A stretch of 45,034 nucleotides of DNA from an uncultured Flavobacteriaceae bacterium (lineage in GTDB: Bacteria; Bacteroidota; Bacteroidia; Flavobacteriales; Flavobacteriaceae). The translations under genes were made by a program, and so were the position numbers. Shown here piece after piece: positions 26,915 through 35,294 of the stretch (within the stretch, counting starts at the first letter, position 1; each line of letters begins with the position of its first letter). Under the pieces are notes generated by a model, which was given only the letters and a program-made list of their open reading frames with translations, was not told the origin of the DNA and did not search any database. The DNA lies in contig CAYYSK010000001.1 of the NCBI GenBank assembly GCA_964474345.1, positions 6,955 to 51,988 on the forward strand. Reading direction: 5' to 3'.

Positions 26915-28257
26915 CAACTTATAAACTATTTTTGCAACAATGCATTCGATCTAAAGAGGTGTGGATTAGTTTACTACTAGTTATTCTATTAGGTGTCATT
27001 AGTATTATTATTGGGAGCAAACACCTATCAAGACAACAAGAAGCAATTGCAGAAGTTAAAGTTCATCAAGAACAACATTTTAACAGGCAAGTATCACTTC
27101 ATAATGAGGACTTAGGTTTGTTACTCTATTACGCAAAGTTTGCCTATATAAAAAAGATAAATCCATTATCAGGAATATCGATTGGTCAAGCAGATGTAAA
27201 CTCTACTGTAAAACGTATTACAATCAAGACTTTTGAAGGTCAAAAATTTGATGCTGATTTGGTCAATCCAATGAATTTACAATCAGGTAATCTTGATCTT
27301 TCTTTTATTATTATCTATTTATTTCCGCTGCTTGTTATTGTTTTAACATTTAATGTTATTTCTGAAGAGACAGAAACAGGTACATGGTCCTTGGTAGCTA
27401 TTCAAGCTATATCTAAATTACGATTTATTATTTCTAAACTTTCAATTAGATTAATACTTTTATTATTTGTATTGATCTTTCTTTTTTGCTTTGCAAAATT
27501 TATGCTTGATATACCTATAAACGGTAATTTTTTATCAATGTTAGGACTATCTATCCTATATGTCATATTTTGGTTTACGCTTGCCTTTTTTGTAATTGTC
27601 TTTAAGAAAACTTCTGGTTTCAATGCGTTACTTCTTTTATCAATTTGGCTACTCTTAATTATTCTATTACCAGCTGGCATTAATGCTTATGTATCTTCAA
27701 AATATCCAGTCCCAGAAGCCTTAAGTACAGCAATAGCTCAAAGAGATGGATATCATACAAAATGGGACACGGATAAGTTTGCTACTATTGAGAAATTTTA
27801 TCAACACTATCCACAATTCAAAAAATATGGATATCCAACTGATGGATTTAATTGGTTATGGTACTATGCAATGCAACAAATGGGAGATGACGATTCAAAA
27901 AATCAACAAGATTCATTAAGTAAAAAGATTAAGTTACGTGAAAATATTAGTAAACAAATTTCATCAATAATTCCTAATATGCACATTCAACTTGCTTTTA
28001 ATGCATCTGCGGGCACTAGTATGAGTCAGCATATAGATTACTTGCATGAAACTGAAGCATTTCATGAAAAATTGAGATTGTTTTTCTATCCAAAAATCTT
28101 TGAAGAACAGCATGCTGATGCTATCAATTGGAATCAATTTGTGCCTGAATATTCTAAAAAAGAAAATGATATAGAATCAGTGAAAAATATGATGCCTTTA
28201 CTAGTTGCGTCAGTACTTATGATTTTGATTTCCATACCAATGATTAGAAAATTATGA
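26911..28257 (+). CDS. ABC-2 type permease with DUF3526-like domain (second copy)
   Basis: Start moved to ATG 26911 (ATGA overlap with the upstream stop). GNLDLSFIIIYLFPLL...SEETETGTW; multiple TM segments. Confidence 0.85.
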   Translation: MTTYKLFLQQCIRSKEVWISLLLVILLGVISIIIGSKHLSRQQEAIAEVKVHQEQHFNRQVSLHNEDLGLLLYYAKFAYIKKINPLSGISIGQADVNSTVKRITIKTFEGQKFDADLVNPMNLQSGNLDLSFIIIYLFPLLVIVLTFNVISEETETGTWSLVAIQAISKLRFIISKLSIRLILLLFVLIFLFCFAKFMLDIPINGNFLSMLGLSILYVIFWFTLAFFVIVFKKTSGFNALLLLSIWLLLIILLPAGINAYVSSKYPVPEALSTAIAQRDGYHTKWDTDKFATIEKFYQHYPQFKKYGYPTDGFNWLWYYAMQQMGDDDSKNQQDSLSKKIKLRENISKQISSIIPNMHIQLAFNASAGTSMSQHIDYLHETEAFHEKLRLFFYPKIFEEQHADAINWNQFVPEYSKKENDIESVKNMMPLLVASVLMILISIPMIRKL

Positions 28258-28489
28258 TATTGGTTAATCAGCAGTATTTTAAATAAACATATTGCAATTA
28301 TAACTTGAATTTTGAATATTTTTAAATTATTAAAAGAAAATTAGTGCCGATATAACTTACAAAAAATAAAAGTTTGTACCTCTTAAATTTTTTATTATGA
28401 ATCAATCCAGTCCTAAACAAATTTAGAGCACTATAAATCTAACCGTTTTATTGGTTGTAAGAGCCATAAACTATGTTTTTCAAAAAATA

Positions 28490-28839
28490 GTAAATCAAGA
28501 TAATGGAAAGTTAATTGGGAATCCATTGACAGGCAACAATTACGAAGATGATGGTTATAGGTTTCATGACATTTTTATTATGGATATCTAGCTAATCTAG
28601 GGTGGTCGCCAGTAATTCGAAAACTTTTAGATAGAAAAAGAAAGAGTAATTCAGAAATTGATGAAAATGAAGATGGAGCTCGTACACAAATTATCGAGGA
28701 ACTTATTTCTCTTCTTATTTATAGTGAATTAAAGGGCAGTAAATTATTAAAATATAGTAAAAATGTTGATACGACTTTACTTAAATTGGTTCAAAGACTT
28801 GTGAAAGATTTAGGGATTAATCAATGTTCTGGTAAACAG
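28490..28839 (+). pseudogene. Remnant of a MazG-like pyrophosphohydrolase C-terminal (MazG_C) domain
   Basis: Manual translation: GKLIGNPLTGNNYEDDGYRFHDIF, then 1-nt frameshift at 28576/28577, then YGYLANLGWSPVIRKLLDRKRKSNSEIDENEDGARTQIIEE...CSGKQ. No start and no MazG N-terminal domain. Confidence 0.8.
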
Positions 28840-28939
28840 CTCCATAATTACATATCTCTAAGCGGAGTCCACTAGTATTAAAAGAGTAATGATTTTAAGA
28901 GTTGGTATACAATGATGATCAGGTACAAAAATAAGGTTG

Positions 28940-28963
28940 TATATGCTTTCGCGAAAGCATATA
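28940..28963. repeat. GCTTTCGCGAAAGC palindrome, copy 3 (28945-28958), extended to a 24-bp perfect palindrome
   Basis: TATATGCTTTCGCGAAAGCATATA, 11 bp beyond the stop of the minus-strand GH113 gene; may double as a 3' hairpin. Confidence 0.9.
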
Positions 28964-28974
28964 AAGAGGCATTT

Positions 28975-31317
28975 TTAGTCAATAGCAAACCACTTTTTAA
29001 CAGTTGCTTCTGTCGCCTTGTTATTAGGTGTAAATGCAGTGTTTTCTGAGCCGCGATATTCTAAATAACTAGGAAATTTCCACCATAATATTCCTGCACA
29101 CCACGATTCGTTCTGAATGCCTTCAAAAATAACTTCATAACAACGTCGTTGATGCTCGTCATTAAAAGGCGTATTCCCATCTGCATGTGGATTTTTCCAT
29201 GGGGCATCAATACTTCTAAAACCAATTTCTGTAAAAACAATGGGTTTCTTATATTTTTGATATACGTTTTTGATTTTTGTTTTTACGACCTCAAAATTAG
29301 CTTTTAATTCAACATCTGTAGGGTTGTCATTTTTGCTTAATGGATAGTATGAGTTTAATCCTATAAAATCGAGTTCATTCCAAAAATCAACATTTTCAAA
29401 CTCGTCTCCCCAATTGGCTGCATATGTCATATTTCCTTGATAGAGCCCTCTGGCTTTTTTAAACATATCTTTCCATTGTTCTCCATGACTTAACGTTGCT
29501 TTTGCAAATTCTACACCCATGCATAAAGCGTCTATCTGATGTATCTCTGCAAGGAAGGCGTAATGACGAATCCATCTGTAATAATAATTAAAGAAGGCAT
29601 TCCAATCTTCTTCAGTATTGTACTCAAGGGCACCTGGCCAACTATTACCGAAAAAAACTTGAGGTTTTAATACTGATTGCATACCTAGTTGTTTTGCTTC
29701 GTAGGCAGAGTGAACGACTCCTTGGTCATTTTCTGACCCAGCTCTACTGCCTATAGAGAGATACGTAGGAGCGCTTTGTCCTCGTATATAACTATAAGGA
29801 ACAATAGCGATAGCATTGCCTCCCATATCGTGTTGCTTTTCTATAGCCTCTGTAGCTTTTCTGGAAAGATAACCATTGTAAATACTATACCCTTCGTGAG
29901 CAAAATTGAATCCTTTGAGATAACCTATATCTGATTTTTTTCTTTTCTTTTGAGGGTATTTATGAGCTTCTTTAGCTAGATATTGTTGCCATTTCTTTTC
30001 TAATACTCGTATCTCTTTTTGAGAAGGAATCCAATCTTTATATTTTTTTAAAAGTGTGTCTTTTCCTATGTCTTCTAATAAGAATGCTATGAGTGAAGCA
30101 GACATACATTCTGTAAGTAGTGGAGACTCTTTCTCTATCAATTCATTGTCAAAAAGTTCTTTTATGCTTAGTGTATTTCCTGATTCTTGTAAACGCGCTG
30201 TCCAGTATGGATATCCTTCTCTTTGCCATTGATCTGTAAAATAAACAGAAAGTCCTTTTGATAACGTTTTGGAAGAAGCTTCTCCTATACTATGCTGTAA
30301 GAATAATTCATTTTCTTTTTCTATGTAATTATTGCGGTATTTATTATTGATAATAGTATGTACTTCATTGTTTTCTATATCAATATGTGATTGTTTTGTA
30401 TTGCCTACCATTAGACCTTTATCTTCAGCAGTTGTATAAATATGGTACTTGATCTTAGGAATGGCTTTGGTGTTTCCTGTAAAATCAATCATTTTTTGAT
30501 AGGTACTTTCTAAATCAGTTACGAGCGTTGTTGTTGCTTCTTGTGACAAGTTGTGTTGATGCGCAATGATATCAAAATGAGCTGATTGTGCAATAGTTTC
30601 ATTTCCTTCGGAGTAATCAAAATACGTGTTTGGATCTAATTTCCATTGTGCATTAAAATTACCCATCGTAATTCTATTAGTAGAACGATAGATTTCATAA
30701 TCCATATTTTGCCAGAAAAAAGAAGCACCAGATAAGGCTATTCTATCGGCAAAGAAATCAAAAAGAGTAACAGGATCATTGCCAGTTAGAAAAGAGAATG
30801 GAAGTGTGTTGTTTTCTGGATTTGGAAAAAAAGCCACTGATAAAATATCAGAAGCAGATGTATATGATTTGGAATTAAAAACAATCTCTTTATTAGGAAA
30901 AGAAACTGGAATGTTTTTAGTCAGCCGTTTGAGTAAAAAGTTGTCTTGAGATGTTCCTATGATAAAAAGAATGTGCTCTTGTATATCTGTTTGCGTTACT
31001 TCAGAGATATGTTTATAACGAATGGTAGCATTTCTTCTTCTGCCTGTTTGTGGTAACTCAGAGACTTTTTGAAGTAATGTTTTATATTTTTGATCAAGTG
31101 CTTGATCTTGAGTTCCGAAAACAACAAGAATTTCTCGCTTGTTAAAAAAGCTACGACGAAGTTCTCGACGTGTTGGCACAGAAGTCGTATCTTCTTCTAA
31201 TACTGCTAAGTCTTGGTGGAATGCGGTATCCTGAGATGATGTATTGTTTATAAGAAATACTCCAGAAATAAATAAGGCTACTACTATTAGCACAATGCCC
31301 ATCACTGTACGTTTCAT
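28975..31317 (-). CDS. Glycoside hydrolase family 113-like protein with long N-terminal region
   Basis: C-terminal TIM-barrel motifs VLKPQV, CMGVEF, TYAANW, FWNELDFIGLNSYYPL, VFTEIGFRS and GILWWK; N-terminal signal/anchor. Confidence 0.85.
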   Translation of the reverse strand: MKRTVMGIVLIVVALFISGVFLINNTSSQDTAFHQDLAVLEEDTTSVPTRRELRRSFFNKREILVVFGTQDQALDQKYKTLLQKVSELPQTGRRRNATIRYKHISEVTQTDIQEHILFIIGTSQDNFLLKRLTKNIPVSFPNKEIVFNSKSYTSASDILSVAFFPNPENNTLPFSFLTGNDPVTLFDFFADRIALSGASFFWQNMDYEIYRSTNRITMGNFNAQWKLDPNTYFDYSEGNETIAQSAHFDIIAHQHNLSQEATTTLVTDLESTYQKMIDFTGNTKAIPKIKYHIYTTAEDKGLMVGNTKQSHIDIENNEVHTIINNKYRNNYIEKENELFLQHSIGEASSKTLSKGLSVYFTDQWQREGYPYWTARLQESGNTLSIKELFDNELIEKESPLLTECMSASLIAFLLEDIGKDTLLKKYKDWIPSQKEIRVLEKKWQQYLAKEAHKYPQKKRKKSDIGYLKGFNFAHEGYSIYNGYLSRKATEAIEKQHDMGGNAIAIVPYSYIRGQSAPTYLSIGSRAGSENDQGVVHSAYEAKQLGMQSVLKPQVFFGNSWPGALEYNTEEDWNAFFNYYYRWIRHYAFLAEIHQIDALCMGVEFAKATLSHGEQWKDMFKKARGLYQGNMTYAANWGDEFENVDFWNELDFIGLNSYYPLSKNDNPTDVELKANFEVVKTKIKNVYQKYKKPIVFTEIGFRSIDAPWKNPHADGNTPFNDEHQRRCYEVIFEGIQNESWCAGILWWKFPSYLEYRGSENTAFTPNNKATEATVKKWFAID

Positions 31318-31538
31318 AAATATGGTCTCGTTATTACGTCTTAAATGTAACTTAAATACAAATAGATACTACCTAAATATTTATTAAAATTGATACTTTC
31401 TAACTATTTAAATAGTTACGAAGTGTCAAAGGAGTGATCTCAATATATATTTAGCGTAAGGACTTTAGAATTTAGACTACTATTACAGTGATTTTAATAG
31501 TACCTTGTGTACGTATAAAAAAGCTAACCATTTCCTAC

Positions 31539-32495
31539 TTGATTCTCCATAGATACATATTTATTATCGTTTTTATAATAGTAATTCATAAGGTTCAAGG
31601 TCAGCGGCTCAGAGCAGATGGAGGACTCTTGTTGAAAGCAGAAATCACTTTGGGTAATCAAAATCAATGGCTTAAAATAGGTGCGTTTGGTTTTGGGACA
31701 TTAAATTATGGTGATGCTTCTATAGAAAGTGGCGTCTCTTTTGCATCTTATCAATTTTTGAAAAGACATACCAAGAAAACATCAGGAAGAGGGTACTCAT
31801 ATGAGTTTTTTGCACTTGGTGGAATAGGAAAAAACACAAATTTATTAGGATCTTCTGTATCAGAATTAAATACAGCTATTATTTTTAATCCAAATGGCGA
31901 AGGAGGATTTAATGGTTTTGGTTTTGGTTTTAGAAAAGATCACTTGCCAAAAGATTTAAAAAGCTATGGCATAAAAAGAGGACAATTTATTATGCGCTTT
32001 GGAAATGCAGATCATAGTGTGCATGCTGTTTTTTCAAACGATTTTAAATTTGGAAATATCTTTAATGGAGAACGTACAGATTATGCTACTACAGGATCAC
32101 TTACGTTAGGATTTGCAAATATACGAGATGTGCATCGTGTGTATCAAGCAGGTATTGGTATTGAGCTGTTTACACCACAGCCTGATTACTCAAGATCTCC
32201 TAGAAATACTATAAATTCTGATGATGGACGTAAGAATGTTTGGTTTACATTACCTCCTTTTAAAGATTTATTTTATGCAAATCTATATGCATTTGGAACG
32301 TATCAAGATGAAAACTATGAATTACATTCAAAGATAGGAGTCAATAGTAAGTGGATAGGGGCCTATGTACAGAATACACTACATGATGGATTTGGTTTGA
32401 ATCCCCGTTTTCCATGGAATGTAGAAGAAAATGATAAGCTATTTTTTGAAATAACAGGAAGTGCCATTTATACCTTAGAAACAGATCGTGAGTAG
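31539..32495 (+). CDS. Exported protein with Ntox23 (polymorphic toxin type 23)-like C-terminal half
   Basis: Start uncertain (TTG 31539 gives a signal peptide; the track uses GTG 31488). Motifs SND...TDYATT, ELFT and VQNTLH resemble the Ntox23 pattern as I recall it. Confidence 0.5.
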   Translation: MILHRYIFIIVFIIVIHKVQGQRLRADGGLLLKAEITLGNQNQWLKIGAFGFGTLNYGDASIESGVSFASYQFLKRHTKKTSGRGYSYEFFALGGIGKNTNLLGSSVSELNTAIIFNPNGEGGFNGFGFGFRKDHLPKDLKSYGIKRGQFIMRFGNADHSVHAVFSNDFKFGNIFNGERTDYATTGSLTLGFANIRDVHRVYQAGIGIELFTPQPDYSRSPRNTINSDDGRKNVWFTLPPFKDLFYANLYAFGTYQDENYELHSKIGVNSKWIGAYVQNTLHDGFGLNPRFPWNVEENDKLFFEITGSAIYTLETDRE

Positions 32496-33420
32496 AATAC
32501 TATTTATATCATGTATAACACTATTGTTGCTATCAAGTTGCAGTACATATACAACGTTTTATGGAGAGACTGTAAAAACTACTGCTATTGATACTCATAC
32601 AAGACGATTAGATGTAAGTTATCAAAATCGTGCAGATCTCCCATTAGCGTATGAACAATTACATGAACTCAGAATGCTTAATCTCTCTGGAAATGTAGAT
32701 TTAGATATTTCTCAAATATTAGCTTCTATTCCTTTTCCAGAAAAGCTAGAAGTACTTCTATTAGATAGCCTTAATCTAAGAGAACTTCCTTTAGAGCTAA
32801 AAAGATATTCAAATCTGAAACAACTATCTTTAGGTTATAACCCTCTACTTAATATAGAAAAAACGATTACTCATTTGGAAGGTATCTCGTTAGATTTTCT
32901 AAACTTAAAAGGAAATAAAATTAGATACTTGCCACAAAATATTACAAACTTAAAAACACTTAAGGATCTTAACCTTTCTCATAATCATATTCAAGATGAA
33001 ATGAGTTATCATTACTTAGGAAAATTACCCAAGCTGTATTCTCTTTGGCTTGACCATAATGAATTAAAAGTATTACCTAAAACGATAGGAAAAGTGTCAC
33101 AAATACGATATTTCTATATAGACCATAATCAACTTACGTCTTTGCCTAAAGAAATTTCAGAAATGGAAAAAGTTTGGGTCATCCATGCAGGTCATAATCT
33201 TTTTAATGAATTACCAGAACAATTAATAGGAATACCAGAGTTGTTTTTGACTCATATGAATAATAATAATATCTCTTTAATCCCTAGAAAATATAGTGAA
33301 GAAGAATATTCTATGATGGCATTGATATTAGATCACAACCCACTTTCTGAAGAGGAACGTCTTTGGGCAAAAAAGACATTTAAGAAATTCTTTTTATTGT
33401 CTTTTAAACAAACATTTTAA
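32488..33420 (+). CDS. Leucine-rich repeat lipoprotein
   Basis: Lipobox LLLSSC; repeated LxxLxLxxNxLxxLPxxI; overlaps the upstream stop. Confidence 0.92.
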   Translation: MSRILFISCITLLLLSSCSTYTTFYGETVKTTAIDTHTRRLDVSYQNRADLPLAYEQLHELRMLNLSGNVDLDISQILASIPFPEKLEVLLLDSLNLRELPLELKRYSNLKQLSLGYNPLLNIEKTITHLEGISLDFLNLKGNKIRYLPQNITNLKTLKDLNLSHNHIQDEMSYHYLGKLPKLYSLWLDHNELKVLPKTIGKVSQIRYFYIDHNQLTSLPKEISEMEKVWVIHAGHNLFNELPEQLIGIPELFLTHMNNNNISLIPRKYSEEEYSMMALILDHNPLSEEERLWAKKTFKKFFLLSFKQTF

Positions 33421-33479
33421 AGTATTGTTTTGTGTTGTTTTTGATAAGAATAATGTACATTAGATGTTTGTAAAAAACC

Positions 33480-34013
33480 ATGCAACTAGATCAACTTATA
33501 ACAAGATTTCAACAAAAGAACGAGAGTGCTTTTGCGGAACTCTATGAGTTATACAGAGAGAGTATTTTAGGAGTTATTTACAGTGTATTACATGATCGAG
33601 AACTCTCGGAAGAAGTATTGCAAGATGTATTTGTGAAGGCATGGAATAATGCGAGTTCTTATAACTCAAAAAAAGGACGTTTTTTTACATGGTTATTAAA
33701 TATAGCTCGTAATGCAGCTATAGATAAAACACGTTCTAAAGCATTTAAGAATAGTAAGCAAAACCAGAGTGCCGCATATTACGTAGATGTCCTCGAAGAA
33801 AAAAGTAGTTTTTCTTCAAAGGTAGATACAATAGGAATTAAAAAGTATATTGAGGTATTAGAACCTTTATGTAAAAAGGTAATACAACTACTTTTCTTTA
33901 AGGGATATACACAAAAAGAAACCGCTGAAGAGTTAGAAATTCCGTTAGGGACCGTAAAAACCCGTAATAGGATTTGTATTAAAAAATTAAGAGAAGTATT
34001 AGGAGAAGCGTGA
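33480..34013 (+). CDS. ECF RNA polymerase sigma-70 factor (SigK-like)
   Basis: EEVLQDVFVKAW, FFTWLLNIARNAAID, region 4 IPLGTVKTR. Confidence 0.95.
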   Translation: MQLDQLITRFQQKNESAFAELYELYRESILGVIYSVLHDRELSEEVLQDVFVKAWNNASSYNSKKGRFFTWLLNIARNAAIDKTRSKAFKNSKQNQSAAYYVDVLEEKSSFSSKVDTIGIKKYIEVLEPLCKKVIQLLFFKGYTQKETAEELEIPLGTVKTRNRICIKKLREVLGEA

Positions 34014-34828
34014 TAGATATTAAAGAATATATCGATTCGGGAGTTTTAGAACTCTATGTCTACGGGACACTTACAGAAGTAGAAAGTTTTGAAGTTTCTC
34101 GCCTTGTTGCCTTGTATCCTGAATTGAAAGCTGAGGTAGAGCGCATCGAGACAGTATTATTACAACTTTCATCAGCTGTGGCTCCGGATACATCATCTCA
34201 TTTTGAAGCTATTCAAAAAAGAATATATAAGGAAGGTACGGATGGAGTAATTCCGCTTTCGCGAAAGCCAATACAACAAATAAGTAAGCGTACGATTCTT
34301 ATTTCTTCTTTAGGTTGGGTAGCAGCAATATTGTTATTAGTAGTTATAGGATATCAATATGCAGCAAAGCAACAATTAGAAGACAAAATTGTAGATATCC
34401 AACGTGAACAAATTCTTCAAGAAGGCAAAATACAAATGGCCGAAGAAGGTTTGGAAAACACAACCAAGTTACTTGATATTTTACGTAATAGAGATATAAT
34501 TACAGTTCCATTAGATGCTCAAGATATAGCTCCTAAAGCGTATGCTTCAGTGTATTGGGATAAAGATGCTGGTAAAGTCTATGTTGATGTACAAGGATTA
34601 CCAACCCCTCCAGAAGGGAAAGTATATCAGTTATGGTCACTTACATTAGATCCACTTATACCTACAAATATGGGAGTGCTAGACCAATATGATGCAAAAG
34701 GGATGCAACTCTTTGCTATAGATAATCCAAATGATTCAGAAGCTTTTGGAATCACGTTAGAACCTACAGGAGGTAGTGATACTCCTACTTTAGAACAGCT
34801 CTATACTTTAGGAGTTGTTGAGTCTTAA
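34010..34828 (+). CDS. Anti-sigma factor, RskA family
   Basis: YIDSGVLELYVYG, one TM segment, C-terminal YQLWSL...AFGITLEPTGGSDTPT. GTGA overlap with the sigma factor. Confidence 0.93.
   Translation: MIDIKEYIDSGVLELYVYGTLTEVESFEVSRLVALYPELKAEVERIETVLLQLSSAVAPDTSSHFEAIQKRIYKEGTDGVIPLSRKPIQQISKRTILISSLGWVAAILLLVVIGYQYAAKQQLEDKIVDIQREQILQEGKIQMAEEGLENTTKLLDILRNRDIITVPLDAQDIAPKAYASVYWDKDAGKVYVDVQGLPTPPEGKVYQLWSLTLDPLIPTNMGVLDQYDAKGMQLFAIDNPNDSEAFGITLEPTGGSDTPTLEQLYTLGVVES
34255..34268. repeat. GCTTTCGCGAAAGC palindrome, copy 4 (in CDS, encodes PLSRKP)
   Basis: Exact match. Confidence 0.9.
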
Positions 34829-34933
34829 TACTTTCAATATATTTAAAATACCCTTTTCTAAAAAAAAGGTAAACACTTTTTCAAAAACAGGTATAATATA
34901 ACTCTTTTCTTTTTTCAAGCTATCTGCTTTTGA

Positions 34934-35123
34934 ACCCGAATTATGCATTAGAAAATCTATTACAGCTTGAATGTACTGCAAAATATACCGTTGCACTACA
35001 TTTTGAGTTTAACTCCCCACCTTCGTGAAGACAGGCTTTACGGTGCTATGCTAAAACTCATAAAATGCTATATTTTATGGCGCATCCAACCTTCATCACG
35101 AAGTTCTAATGCATAATTCGAGT
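34934..35123. mobile_element. 190-bp MITE with 20-bp terminal inverted repeats, IS982-like ends
   Basis: ACCCGAATTATGCATTAGAA ... TTCTAATGCATAATTCGAGT (19/20 match); no transposase; TGA on both flanks; second copy starts at 44956. Confidence 0.8.
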
Positions 35124-35294
35124 TGAAATAAATTGTTTTACGGTGAGACATACGCAAATACAAAAATCGTGATTTTGTCATAAGTGTTAAAATTTTCCTA
35201 ATACTTAAATTGAGTAGATCATTCTTAGATAGATTTTAAGTTTCTTTTTTGATAGAAAAGACCTACTTTAGTTCACCATCAAAAACAAGACATT

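Noticed and set aside
34808-34996. 62-aa minus-strand ORF as a MITE-encoded protein
   Set aside because: It crosses the element boundary into the anti-sigma gene and has no transposase motif.
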